From assembly GCA_000934665.2 (NCBI GenBank), contig KZ538235.1:62001-111666 (forward strand): a stretch of 49,666 nucleotides of DNA, read 5' to 3'. Origin of the DNA: Catajapyx aquilonaris (lineage: Eukaryota). Of this stretch, positions 38,371 to 49,666 are shown piece after piece. The notes beneath the pieces were generated by a model. That model was not told the origin of the DNA, searched no databases, and was given only the letters and a program-made list of their open reading frames with translations. A program made the position numbers and the translations under genes. Every line of letters begins with the position of its first letter. Position 1 is the stretch's first letter.

Positions 38371-39469
38371 TTTAAATTGCTTTTGGTGCACTCTGGTGTG
38401 TTTTTAAACTCGTGCGTTTTAAACGAGCAGTCCCTTTTGCAAACAGTTATTTTCCGAACGTTAGGTCATGACAGGGTTGAACCAACAGTTTCTCCATAAA
38501 ATTAACCGGAGCGTGTACACAGCAATTTATCTTGTTGCTCCAAAATATCCCACCGCTGGTTAGCGCAATAAATCGAGCAGTTTGATCCATTTTTACACTG
38601 CATTGCGATTTCCCTCGGTGCATTATGCTACACCCGGTTTTTGGAGGGGTGGGGGCGGGGGAGGTTTTTGGGCCATTAGCATATTTTACATGCCACCTGC
38701 CCTGGGCCTACGGATACAAATTATATCGTGAAGAATCTACCAGGCCACAGCTGCGAATAACAGCGCCCCCAGAAGTAGGGCCCTTTATACGTGGCACATT
38801 GCGTTGGGGGGCAATTAACCCAATCTTGAGTTATCGATTCGCGAAAAGAGTAGGGGGTAAGTCACATTACCGAACGTACGATTTGGCAAGGATTGGCAAT
38901 GTTCAAGTGTCGTGTGTGCAAAAAAAAAATATGGGTGTACTTAGCAAAAAAGCCGTATCTGCAATATGGATGCAATATGGATTCTGCTAAAATCGTATCG
39001 GAGATGTCCATTTCCGTCCAATTCACCCCCAAAAAATTGTGTCAAACACTATGCAACATATCACCAATATCTGACCACACCAGCTCGTTCCGTTCCAGTC
39101 CGTTCCACCTTCCCAGGTGGCATATCCCCGCTAAGTGAAGCTTCATTAGTCCTGGCAGAATTCCCGAATCTATGGCACGTCACGTTCGAAAAAAAAAAGA
39201 AAATGGAAGGGGGGAAAAAGCGAAGGCTCAAATTGATGGATTATCATTTTTCCAGTGGTCCATCAAAATGGCGCCTAATCCTTTTTGTGTTTAGGTCTTC
39301 ATTTCAGACTGTCTCTCTCTAGCCTCCAGAGGGGGTTGAAAAGAGAGGAAGGTTTGATCGATTTCGATTCTGATGAGTGAGACAAAAATGTCACTTGTCG
39401 CGTCGTCGCCTCGGGTCTAATACGGCAACGTCGCAAACCGGTAGGTATATAGTCGTTATTCTGCTATAA

Positions 39470-40020
39470 CATCTCTTTAATAACTGCTGTCAATAAGAAC
39501 ATACAGTAACATCTCAGTTACAGCTTTCAATAACTGATTTTAGTAACTGATTTTCTGTGTGACGTCCTTCAATAACTGCTTTTTGTAGAAGCTTTTAATA
39601 GCTGATTTTAGTAACAGCTTTCAAAGACTGCTTTCAGTCAATAACTCCTCTTTTCCAGCAGCTTTCAATAAGTGATTTTAGCAACAGCTTTCAAAGACTG
39701 CTTTCACCAACAGCTTTCAAAGACTGCTTTCAGTATAACAGCTTTCAAAGACTGCTTTCAGTATAACAGCTTTCAAAGACTGCTTTCAGCAACAGCTTTC
39801 AAAGACTGCTTTTAGTGATGTCCTTCAATAACTGCTTTTATTAGTGATGTCCTTCAATAACTGCTTTTATTAGCGATGTCATTCAATAACTGCTTTTATG
39901 AGTGCTGTCCTTAACTGCTTTTATTAGTGATGTCCTTCAATAACTGCTTTTATTACTAGTGATGTCCTTCAATAACTGCTTTTATTAGTGATATGCTTCA
40001 ATGACTCCTTTCAGTAACAA
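39470..40020. repeat. Minisatellite complex: 26-28-bp aacagctttcaaagactgctttcagt, then 29-bp tagtgatgtccttcaataactgcttttat
   Basis: Direct reading; about 6 copies of each unit. Confidence 0.9.
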
Positions 40021-41589
40021 ACCAAATAATAATTACTGCTTCAAATAATACAGTAATAGCCTATCTGATAATAACTGATGTGAGTGACAGAGTATAATAA
40101 AGTTATTATACGCTGCTACGCACAGCAGTTATTATCAGCTGTTATTTGTTTCATATCGGGAGACCCCGCACTTTTACCTACTTTTCTAGACCTTTATGTG
40201 CTGAAAGGTAGGCGTGGATTCGCTGAAGAATAAGATGTATCCGCTGAGGATGTGTGTATCCGCCGGGAAGAAGGGTTAGGTCATGGTGTAGGTAGGTACA
40301 GCGTGCCCCTGCCGCATTCGGTCTCCTGCCAATGCTGCCATTGTCATATCTTAATGTGTGGCAAGGTTGCCAATGTTTTACTTGGACACAATTCACGTGT
40401 TTTATCAAGTGATTTCTTCATAACTGTAGCACTTGTTAAGCGCTTTTTTTCAGAGTAACTGCTAGCGGATACATGTGGCAACCTAGCAAGTCTTTGCTAA
40501 ATGCAGTGATGCCACCTCTCCTGGCAGTAAATTAGTAACCAACAGTGCCAACCCTTACTGTTGACAACCGGCCAGAGTTTTTCGAACCCTGGCCAACAGA
40601 GGGGGGGTCCCACCGTTTGAGCAACGGTTAATAGAGCAATTGTTTAATCACCTCGCGCGGAAAGAATGTCAATGGGCCGAGTGTGAAAAAGTTATCTCTC
40701 TGACGGTGGGGGTGGAGGGTGATGGGGGAGGTATGGAGGGTATGTAAACAACCAGGGGGTTTGCATTCCGGTGGGGCGGCATTGCCAGGTAGCAAAATGG
40801 GATCGCATTGTTTGGCCTGTCCTCACCCACCACCCCAGTGTTTGCACCCCGCCTAAATTTTCTAGTCAAAAATTTATGCAAAACAGCGTCAGAGTCATAT
40901 TACAAGCCTCGGCACAGGGAGTTGGGAAAAGCAAATTGTTTCAGGCCACTCCCTCCCTTCTATATGGCATTTAGCCCTCGCATTTAAAGTGCCTCGCAAA
41001 TAAGCTGGATACCGGTACTGAAATGTTTTCCCAAAATGATTTTTTTTTCGCTTAAAAATGGGAAAGGGGGGGGGAGGGGGGGGAGGCTCAAAATTAAGTT
41101 TGGACTGTGTACATATCTCCATACTCATTTCGAGTTGCACAGAACCTGGAGCTAAATATTCGGGAACGTATCTATCGCTCTTTTGCAAATACTAATAGCC
41201 ATGGTCCAGAACTTTCATCTGGATTGTTTACTTTTTTTTGCGAGAGCGATATGAGTAAATTCCCCGCCAAAAACTTTTGCAATGAATCGGCATAGAATCG
41301 CAGTGTTGCCAATTGACAAATTTCGCATTATTTCCAACATTGACAGTTGCAAATTACTATTAGCAATTGGCAGTTATTTGTTTTAAAAATGAGCCGGACT
41401 ACTACGGAACAATCGCGTCATATTTATTTAATTATTATTCAGTTAAATATGAGTCACTTCTAATTATTAAAAACTACATAAGGTAATGTCACAAACAGTA
41501 ATTTCAGAATAGCTTCTAACCATCACTGATATAATTATATTTTTAATAAATTTATATCGCAATTAGTACGCCTCTAAGGCTAAGGTACG

Positions 41590-42375
41590 ACGCTGTTGCT
41601 TCTTCCTGTAATTTTTGTTAAACGCTATTTCTGCTCACTGTTGGTCCGGTTCGCCGTTATTTTTCTCGCTGTTATTTCTACTCGACACTATTTCCATTAG
41701 GCTATATTCTTTCTATTATTCTTTCTAGACGCTATTCACGATGACCGGTTACTTTTTCTATACGCTATTCCTGATCACGGATATTCCGAATCGGTGCTTT
41801 TCCGGATAGCTCTTATTCTTACCAGACGCTATTACTGACCGCTGCTACTTTGGTTATATGCTATTCCTGTTCACTGTTATTCCTGATCGTTGTTATTTTT
41901 GTTACACGCTATTTTCGCTCACACTTAGTCCAGTTCGCTGTTATGCTTCTCGCTGTTATTCCTACTCGACGATATTTCGAATCGGCGCTATTTCTGCTCA
42001 CTTCTAGACGCTATTTCCGGTGGTTGTTATTTTTTACTATACGCTATTTCTGCCTACTACTTTTCCGAATCGGCGCTGTTCCTGATCGCTGTCATTTCTG
42101 CTTGGTGATAATTATTCACAATCGCTGTTATTTTTGTTACACACATTTTCTTCTAGCTGTAAGTCCAAATCGATGCAATTTATTACAGCTGTTATTTTTG
42201 TTAGAAGTTATTCTCGCTCCTGTTAGTCAGGTTCGACGTTATTGATTCTTGCTGTTCTTCATGATCACTGTTATTTTTCCTATATGCTATTACCGATCGC
42301 TGTTATTTTTGCTATATGCTATTACCGATCGCTGTTATTTTTGTTAAACGCTATACTTGATCGAAGTTATTCCAC
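41590..42375. repeat. Degenerate CGCTATT/CTGTTATT array (~16/32-bp period) with 32-bp x3 core at ~42265-42360
   Basis: cgctgttatttttgctatatgctattaccgat repeats. The motif class matches the reverse complement of the 3551-4320 array. Confidence 0.8.
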
Positions 42376-42932
42376 TTTTTTTCCTCCAGTGCTCTATAAT
42401 TATCGCTGGCTCCAATAAAAATTCCAGCGTTGTAATTTTCGACCCATGCGACTATATAGTAGAGCATCCCAGGCATCTCGTCCCCAGCATGTTATATTCA
42501 AAAAAACAATCCCTTATGATGATGTGCAACAACTAGAGAAAATATTCATTTAAGGCTCCCCCCTCCCACCCCCGCACTCCCTCCTCCCTCCAACTCTCTT
42601 GCATTATTAAATCTGCTTCAAAAAGGCGAGCACGATGCGTTCATAATTAAGTGGCGTGATTCAGTATAGGTCGTCAGGATTATACAAAGACTAATTGTTG
42701 AAAGGAAACCTGGCTCTGATTTCGTTTGAGAGATGAGCACATGTAGATTCTCTCTCTTTTTTAGCGCTTAAAAATGCGAGCAACAATGCGGCACAATAAT
42801 TAGCCATATTTTTAGAAAGAGAATGGGGGGGGGGTCAATTTACACGACGGGAGCTATTTAACTAATAGCAGGGTGTACACCTGCAGTGAATACATTGTCA
42901 AATAACAAGTTCTTATTATGAATTATCTCCAT

Positions 42933-43268
42933 ACAGGGTAAAATATTATGCTTTATCTTCTCTGTGAAAGGTAAAATATAATCAGGTTTACCGTCTATAT
43001 GTAAGGTAAAATATAATCAGGTTTACCGTCTCTATATGTAAGGTAAAATATAATCAGGTTTGCCGTCTATATGTAAGGTAAAAGAGAATCAGATTTACCG
43101 TCTCTCTATGTAAGGTAAAATGTAATTCGCTTCACTCTGAGGTAAAATATAATGCTTTATCTTCTTTATGAAAGGTAAAATATAATCAGGTTTACCGTCT
43201 ATATGTAAGGTAAAATACAGTCCGCTTCACCCTATCTATAAGGTAAAATCTAATCTATTTTACCTTCC
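42933..43268. repeat. 35-37-bp minisatellite aaggtaaaatataatcaggtttaccgtctatatgt, ~9 units
   Basis: Direct reading. Each unit carries a ggtaaa/tttacc inverted pair, and the array begins at TA|CAGGGT. Confidence 0.88.
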
Positions 43269-45189
43269 AAAAATACGGTTGATGAGTGAGACATGTCACA
43301 TAACTCATTACTTCATGTCCTGTGCACTGCGGATTTTTTAAACATGAAGCACATTTTTAAAAAACTGTATTGTTGCGAACTAGGTCAAAGTGCGTGTGTG
43401 CAAAATCTATATTACACAACAACAGGTCTGCAAGTGAAGTTCAAGTGACCTACAAAAAAAATGTGGCTCAAGTTACAGTATAATTTGCGCAATTTTGGTT
43501 AATTTTGTAGATTTAACCTTTGACTAAATATTGTAACTGGTTTCAGTTTTTTGCACGCAATTTGTTCAATATTTGCAACATCGTTTGCACTGCAATGGCT
43601 GCTAGATTATTCGACCTTGTTTGTAGTACTAAAAAAATTTGCACTCGGGGTGCTCAGAGTGAGAAAAATGCACTTTACTGACTATGCAAAAAAAGCACTT
43701 GGTCAGGTAACACCTGAAAATATGCAAATTTCTCAAATTGCACGGAAACACCGCATGCTCGCATCGCTATTTACTCTACTATGCAAAACTATTTTTTTCC
43801 CCTCGCATAACACTTGGAAAACGTGCGAAATTACTTGTTTTTCACGCGACTGAAAGAACATACGCTGAAATAGAATTATTCGCAAAATAGCAGTTTTCGC
43901 AAATTTTTTGTTAATCAAAATTTTTTGCTTTACTTATATGGTAATGACATGTTTCATATTGTGAATCTGAAGCTGTTTTATGCACATTCGATCTTAGCAA
44001 AAACTCGCACTTTGCAAAAATGGCACAGGATTTTTCGCAAACAATCACAAAATTCGCACATACTTAAAAGCTTGTTTATTCACATGCAGATGCCTATGAG
44101 CCGGCTTTAAAAATGGGTTGTAATACTAACTTCCTTTTAGCGCGATTCCTGTGCCAAAATCAGACTCGCCAACTTTTTTTTGCACAAAAAACTAATATAA
44201 CTCCGTGCACAGGTTTATGACATCCGAGGAGCGGATCCGCCACCGGAAACCTGGCTCCAGTTGACTCACGCATATTGGATTGTCAAAAAAAAGTATAAAC
44301 ACATTATATTTGCAAAAGAAGTTTGCCAAAAGTGGGCTCAACAATCCTCCGATTTATTTGCAAAGATTTTTGTCCTAGACATTATTTGCGAATTATGTAT
44401 TGTAAGAATCACAATTTTATCCCTAATGTACAACCAGCTGTCTCTGCTGATTTTTGCGAAAATCGCCTGGACAATTCCTGTACACTATATTTGCAATATT
44501 GTCGCAAAAAAGGCTTCAACATTATATATATTACACAATGAAAACTTTGTCGAAATTGTCGGAAACATGCGCCAATATTATTTTCTTAGCCATATTTCTA
44601 GGACTGCTCCAACATTTTGCGTAAAACATTCGCCATTTTTGCGAAAATTAGCAAATGCAACCTAAATATTTGGGACATTGTTTCAAGATCATCACATTAT
44701 TTTCGCGCAATCAGATCTACATTCCGTCGCAAAATTTGCTTCAAATGTGCCAAAAACGCAGGTTTTCTTGTTTTTGCAAAAGCTGCAGCCGTTAAGAGAG
44801 TGCGAATAATTTGGCCAAAAGCTGCCTAAAACGCCTCAGAAATTCTTATGGAAACTGCAAAAGCAGCTTTTTACACGCAAAAACTGCATTCTCAGAGCTC
44901 TCCACAATTTTAATTTTCAAAGTCGTTTTATGACCACACGAAATCATTGTAACGCGATTTTCGCAATAAATGTGCAAATTTTTTTGAACACAAAATTGTT
45001 GTCCAAATGAGGGCAAAACACGTTTTACACTTCTATCTTCAACACGCGTTGGCGTCAACGACGATAAATCATCCCACGCGCGATTTTTCGCAATACATTT
45101 GCGAAATTTCTTTAGCTCACTTTTAACGAAAGCGGACTAAAAACTCTCCACACTTTCCCAAATCCCTCGCCTTAAAACCGTTATAAATC

Positions 45190-46535
45190 CAATATCTACG
45201 ATAAATTTCGCGACACCATTTTCCGCTAAATTTGCGATACAGTTTGCCAATAATTTTTGCGCTATATTTAAATACATTTTCGAAATTTTAAGACCCATTC
45301 TGCACCGAATATTTTAACTAATTTTCGCTATAAATTTGAACTATATTGTGTCAAAAAAATTGCACTACATATAGTTAAAAATTATCGCAATTTTAATACC
45401 CAAGTTACCCTCAATATTTGCACTAAATTTTCGCCATAAGTCCACAGGGAATTTTGGTGAAAATATTTCTAGACACATTTTTGCACTGAATATTTTTGCA
45501 CTAAATTTTCGCGATAAATTCCCAGTACATTTAGGCAATAATTTTGCGACGCATTTTGATAATAAATTTTCGAAATTTCTGGAACAATGTTGGACTGAAA
45601 TATCCGCACTAAATATTCTCCATAAATTCGCAGTATATTTTGTCGGTAATTTTTGCGATAGGTTTCTAAAATTTTCGCAATTTTGGGTTTATTTTTTCCA
45701 CTAAATATTTGCGATAAATTTGTAATACACGTAGGCAAAAGTTTTTGCGATAGTTTTCTGGACATTTTCGCAATTTCCACACCCATTTACACTAAATATT
45801 TTGCAATAAATTCCCAATACATTTTGCGGTCATATTTTGATTATGAATTTTCGCAATACATTTCCCAACCCATTTTACCCATATTTGCACTAATATTTCG
45901 CAATAAGGGCACAATATATTTTGACGATAATTTTTCCGACAGTCTGAAAATTTTCGAAATATCTGGAACAATATTGGACTGATTTTCTGCACTAAATTTT
46001 CGCGATAAATTAGCAATATATTTTGGCGATAGTTTTTTTGACAATTTTCGAAATATCTCTAACAATGTGGTACTGAATATCTGCACTGTTTTAGCGATAA
46101 ATTAGCAGTATAATTTGGCGATAGTTTTTGTGACAGTTTTCTGACAATTTTCGAAATATCGGGATCAATGTTGGGCTGAAATATCTGCACTATTTTCGCG
46201 ATAAATTAGCAATATATTTTGGCGACAATTTTTCCGATAGTTTTTTGACAATTTTCGGAATATCTGGATCAGTGTTGGATTTAATATCTGCACTATTTTC
46301 GCGATAAATTAGCAATATATTTTGGCGACAGTTTCCGTGATAGTTTTATGCCAATTTTCGGAATATCTGGAACATTGTTAGACGGTAATATCTGGACTAC
46401 ATGTTCGCGATAAATCGGCAATATATTTTGGCGATAGTTTTTGTGATAGTTTTTTTGCCATAAATTGTCGAAATATGTGGAACAATTCTGTACTTAATAT
46501 TTGCGCTAAATTTCGCGACAAAATTTTGCACCAAA
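45190..46535. repeat. Degenerate ~100-bp tandem array rich in TTTTCGCGATAAATT, abutting the exon donor
   Basis: atctggaacaatgttggactga-like anchors at about 45577, 45961, 46055, 46158, 46262, 46365 and 46475. Confidence 0.85.
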
Positions 46536-46549
46536 TTGTCTAAACTGAC

Positions 46550-46754
46550 CTTGTGCGAGCAGTGTGGCGAAATGAAGAGCGTTGAGCAGGAGGAACCTTC
46601 CGCTTCTGTGTGGGCTGGTGGTTGGGCATGTGGCACTGGCACCAACGGAGCCAGTGGTGGTGCCTCCGGATGAGGAACCAGAAGAAGCACCACCACCACT
46701 GTTGCTGGCTCTAGCCATCCCTTGGCTTCTTCTCCTCACCTGCAGCACCCCCAT
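46550..46754 (-). CDS. Probable first coding exon segment of a secreted/cell-surface protein: MGVLQVRRRSQGMARASNSGGGASSGSSSGGTTTGSVGASATCPTTSPHRSGRFLLLNALHFATLLAQ(G); family not identifiable
   Basis: GC-rich open frame between AT-rich arrays. ATG context is gccagcATGG, with a second in-frame ATG at 46718. A hydrophobic stretch FLLLNALHFATLLAQG follows basic residues. The exon ends at CAAG|GTCAGT (donor 46549-46544), phase 1, the usual phase after signal-peptide exons. Confidence 0.72.
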
Positions 46755-46794
46755 GCTGGCCACTCTTCGTCCTGATGGCCAGCCATGCAACAAA
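46550..46794 (-). other. Predicted full exon (245 bp) including ~40 nt upstream of the ATG
   Basis: Acceptor ...gtgttgtgtggatttgCAG|TTTG (AG at 46796-46795) and donor AAG|GTCAGT. The pyrimidine tract is only moderate (GT-rich). Confidence 0.6.
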
Positions 46795-47129
46795 CTGCAA
46801 ATCCACACAACACACGTCTCACTTACACTCTCTTTACAATGTGTGCACTTACACCACCCGGATTACTACGCTACGTACTACCAAGGACTTTTGCACGACA
46901 AAAACTCCCCCCAATAAAAGTCGATTCCGCTTGCAAAATTCATCGTCCCCCAGGGAATGTGGCGAGAGGGGGGGGGGGGCACCAATTTTGCGAAGATATA
47001 ACCGATCTATCAAATCTGCTCGTAAAGTTTGTGGGGAGAGGAGGGGTAGTGGGGGAGGGGTATTAATACGGTATGAAGTAGTGTGTTTACAGCGGGGATT
47101 TGCGAATTTGTAGAGGGGGAGAAAAAAAT

Positions 47130-47870
47130 ATTGGCACGGTACATTTGACTCGGCGTGCAAAATATTGTCTGGATACATTTTGTCGCGAAAAGTTACAGAC
47201 ACATATCTATAGTTATTGCCAGGGTACAATTGGTGCAGAAATTTCACGGTACAATGCAGGCAAAATTGCGACGGTCATTTGTATGCCTCAAATTGTGCAA
47301 AAAATTTATAGGGTACAATTTGTGCAATAATACAATTCCGTGTAGGAACTTCATGGTACAATGCGGCAAAATTGCGACAGTACAATTTTTCGCAAAAATT
47401 ATACAATTTGTGCAAAATTTGTATGCCTCAAATTGTGCAAAAAATGCAAGAGTACTTAGTACATTTTGTGTAGAAATTTCACGGTATACAATTGCGAAGG
47501 TACATTTTGCGCAAAAATTAGTAATGTACATTTTGTGTAAAATTTTACGTCACAAATTGTGCGAAAATGCCAGGGTACAGTTTTGTCAAAATTGGCAAGT
47601 GACAGTGTATAATTTGCGCTGATTTTCTAGGGAACAGATTGTGCGAAATTACCAGTGTACAATATACGCACAATTGCATGGTGTAAATTGTGCAAAATTT
47701 GCGTGGCACAAAGTGCGAAAGTACAATATACGCACAATTACATGGCACAAATTGTGGAAGAATTGTATGGTACAATTAGTTCATTACTGGCATGGTACAA
47801 ATTGTGCAAAAAAATTTACTATGATGAGATAATATGTGACTAAGATTCTCATGCACAAGGTTACAAAGAG
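47130..47870. repeat. Degenerate GTACAATT/AAATTGTGC short-period array
   Basis: gtaca and aaattgtg recur about every 20-25 bp. Confidence 0.8.
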
Positions 47871-48463
47871 GCACAATTTGATTTCGGGTCAAAATTTGGC
47901 AAAATGGTATATAGATAAACGCAACTGTATTGAAATATAGCAAGAATTGTCCGGATACATTTGCGAAAAATATATACACGGTGCAATATATTTTCGCAAA
48001 AACGCTTGGAAGAAATTTGCAGGGAACGTCGCAAAAAAAATTGCGCAGAATTTCTCAACCGCAGAACTTCCACCTGGCGGGAATCAAATAGCCAGATCCA
48101 AAAACATTCGCAAAATTTTTCTGCACAAAAAATTGGCACAAGTGCACACATACTCCCCCACGTGTATGTCCGCACGCACTTTTTTACCCCACCCCCAATC
48201 AAAACAAACTTTGAACAAACGTCACTCACCCTTTAAAAAAAATAAAATGTGTCAATCAATTGATAAAATGGGGGAGGCCGAGTACAAGGGGTGTCACAAA
48301 CAAGATATTTTTTTTTCTTCCGGTTTCTTGTATGGGGTGGGTGGGGGGGTAACTCCGGGGGTGTTTGTACCGAATCCGGGGGAGTGTGTGTCCGGGCCAG
48401 TCCCGCGAGTCTGCCCGCCAACTCTCGACTGAAGCTCCAACAGCGCCGGCATCCCCTTCAAGT

Positions 48464-48541
48464 GGGGGGGAGGGGAGGGAGGGAAGGGAGGGAGGGAGGG
48501 GGGAACGGGGGGGCGGGGAGGGGGTTGGGGGCGAGGGGCGG
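48464..48541 (+). other. Purine-rich G-run tract with G-quadruplex potential
   Basis: More than 10 runs of >=3 G separated by 1-3 nt loops. Confidence 0.75.
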
Positions 48542-49666
48542 AAGACGAGCTCGCGCCTATTACATATAGGCTATCACCCTAGTTGTTTGCACCAGCAACC
48601 GGTCGCATTAATATTGAAACCAATTGCTTGATCAAAAGTGTGGTTGCTGGAGTCAACAATCTGAATTAAATATATCCTGGTTTATCGCAGTGACAATTAA
48701 AATTTAGCTTAAAATAAAATAATGTGGACCGTTGATATTTTAAAAAATATGTTAAAATTTTACGTTATATCAAATATTTTAAAATGTTCAATTAATTATT
48801 AATTATCATATTATATACTTATTTATTAACATATACCTATTTTACATACACTGTCACTTTAATACAAGCGTAAAATTAAATGTGGAAAATTGATATAAAA
48901 ATTTGTTACAATTTTTCATACCTTAAATAGTTTCAAATATTATTTATTTATAATGACTATTTCACATATAAAAATAAATGTGGAGTATTCAAATAAACCA
49001 TAAACATTAAATTAGATTAAATAAATGCATGTAATTTTAAAACAATATATTAAAATAATTATATAAAATATAGGCTAGAATCATAGCTCAAAACAAGCAG
49101 CGATTTTAGCGGTTATCAAACGTATTAGATGCAATTGCTGGGGTGAACAATCCGACTGACATATCGAGTTGGGGGAGGGGGGGAAGGTTCGCACTTAAAC
49201 ATTAAATTAATTTTAATTTTAATAATGCCACGCAATTGAAAATTTTCAATCGATACCCTATTAAAATTATGTAACTAAATAAGCAGCTATTTTATCAGTT
49301 ATTATTGGCTACAAAATATGTTGAGCCAAAGCGTATAGCTTCAGACTTGCAGTTTCTGTTCCGGTTGCTGGGGTGAACAATTCTGTCACGGACGTGGGCA
49401 GTGCGTTACCGGATTCTGATGACGCAGAAAGGTGATATGGGGGAGGCGAGTGGGCGTGAGATTATTTAGTTAAGAGTATAGGGGAGATAAGTGTGTGTGG
49501 GCAGACATATACTGTAAGTCGGGTGTATTGTTGCATTTTTAATTGTCGACGTAGGCGGAATGGTCATGCAAATTTTACGTCATATGCAAAGTGCAAGTGT
49601 GACAGAAGTACAGAACGTACTCTACATATAAAGTAATCAAATATACGGTACAATTATTAGGATGAG

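Noticed and set aside
46795..46852. 58-nt (or 32-nt) mini-intron using nearby GTAAGT sites upstream of the acceptor
   Set aside because: The exonic context of both donors is poor and the lengths are marginal or too short. It cannot be supported without RNA data.
43551..48432. Dense set of Lys/Phe/Ile/Cys-rich ORFs around the exon
   Set aside because: They are translations of degenerate arrays in several frames on both strands; no transposase or RT motifs were seen.

Overview
Eukaryotic, probably insect/arthropod, genomic DNA from a short-read-style assembly (N gaps at 6119, 9671-9680, 24153 and 26479, all beside G/C or T homopolymers). It is almost entirely non-coding. The only convincing protein-coding signal is one minus-strand exon (46550-46794). 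It has a strong-context ATG at 46754, a Gly/Ser/Thr-rich N-terminus and a hydrophobic signal-peptide-like end cut by a phase-1 GT donor. I found no next exon, so the remaining ~46.5 kb looks like part of one very large intron of a secreted or cell-surface protein gene that I cannot name. The window alternates GC-richer unique islands (~0.5-1.5 kb) with AT-rich, strand-skewed degenerate tandem arrays. It also holds several TA-flanked Tc1/mariner-type MITEs, a tRNA-derived SINE plus two related retroposed fragments, a 137-bp-arm near-perfect hairpin, a ~38-unit CCAAT-box array and many mini/microsatellites. The most striking pattern is that arrays switch strand at fold-back palindromes, which suggests recurrent template switching. 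There is no transposase, RT, rRNA, tRNA gene or CRISPR array, and I cannot claim a new biological system from this sequence alone.
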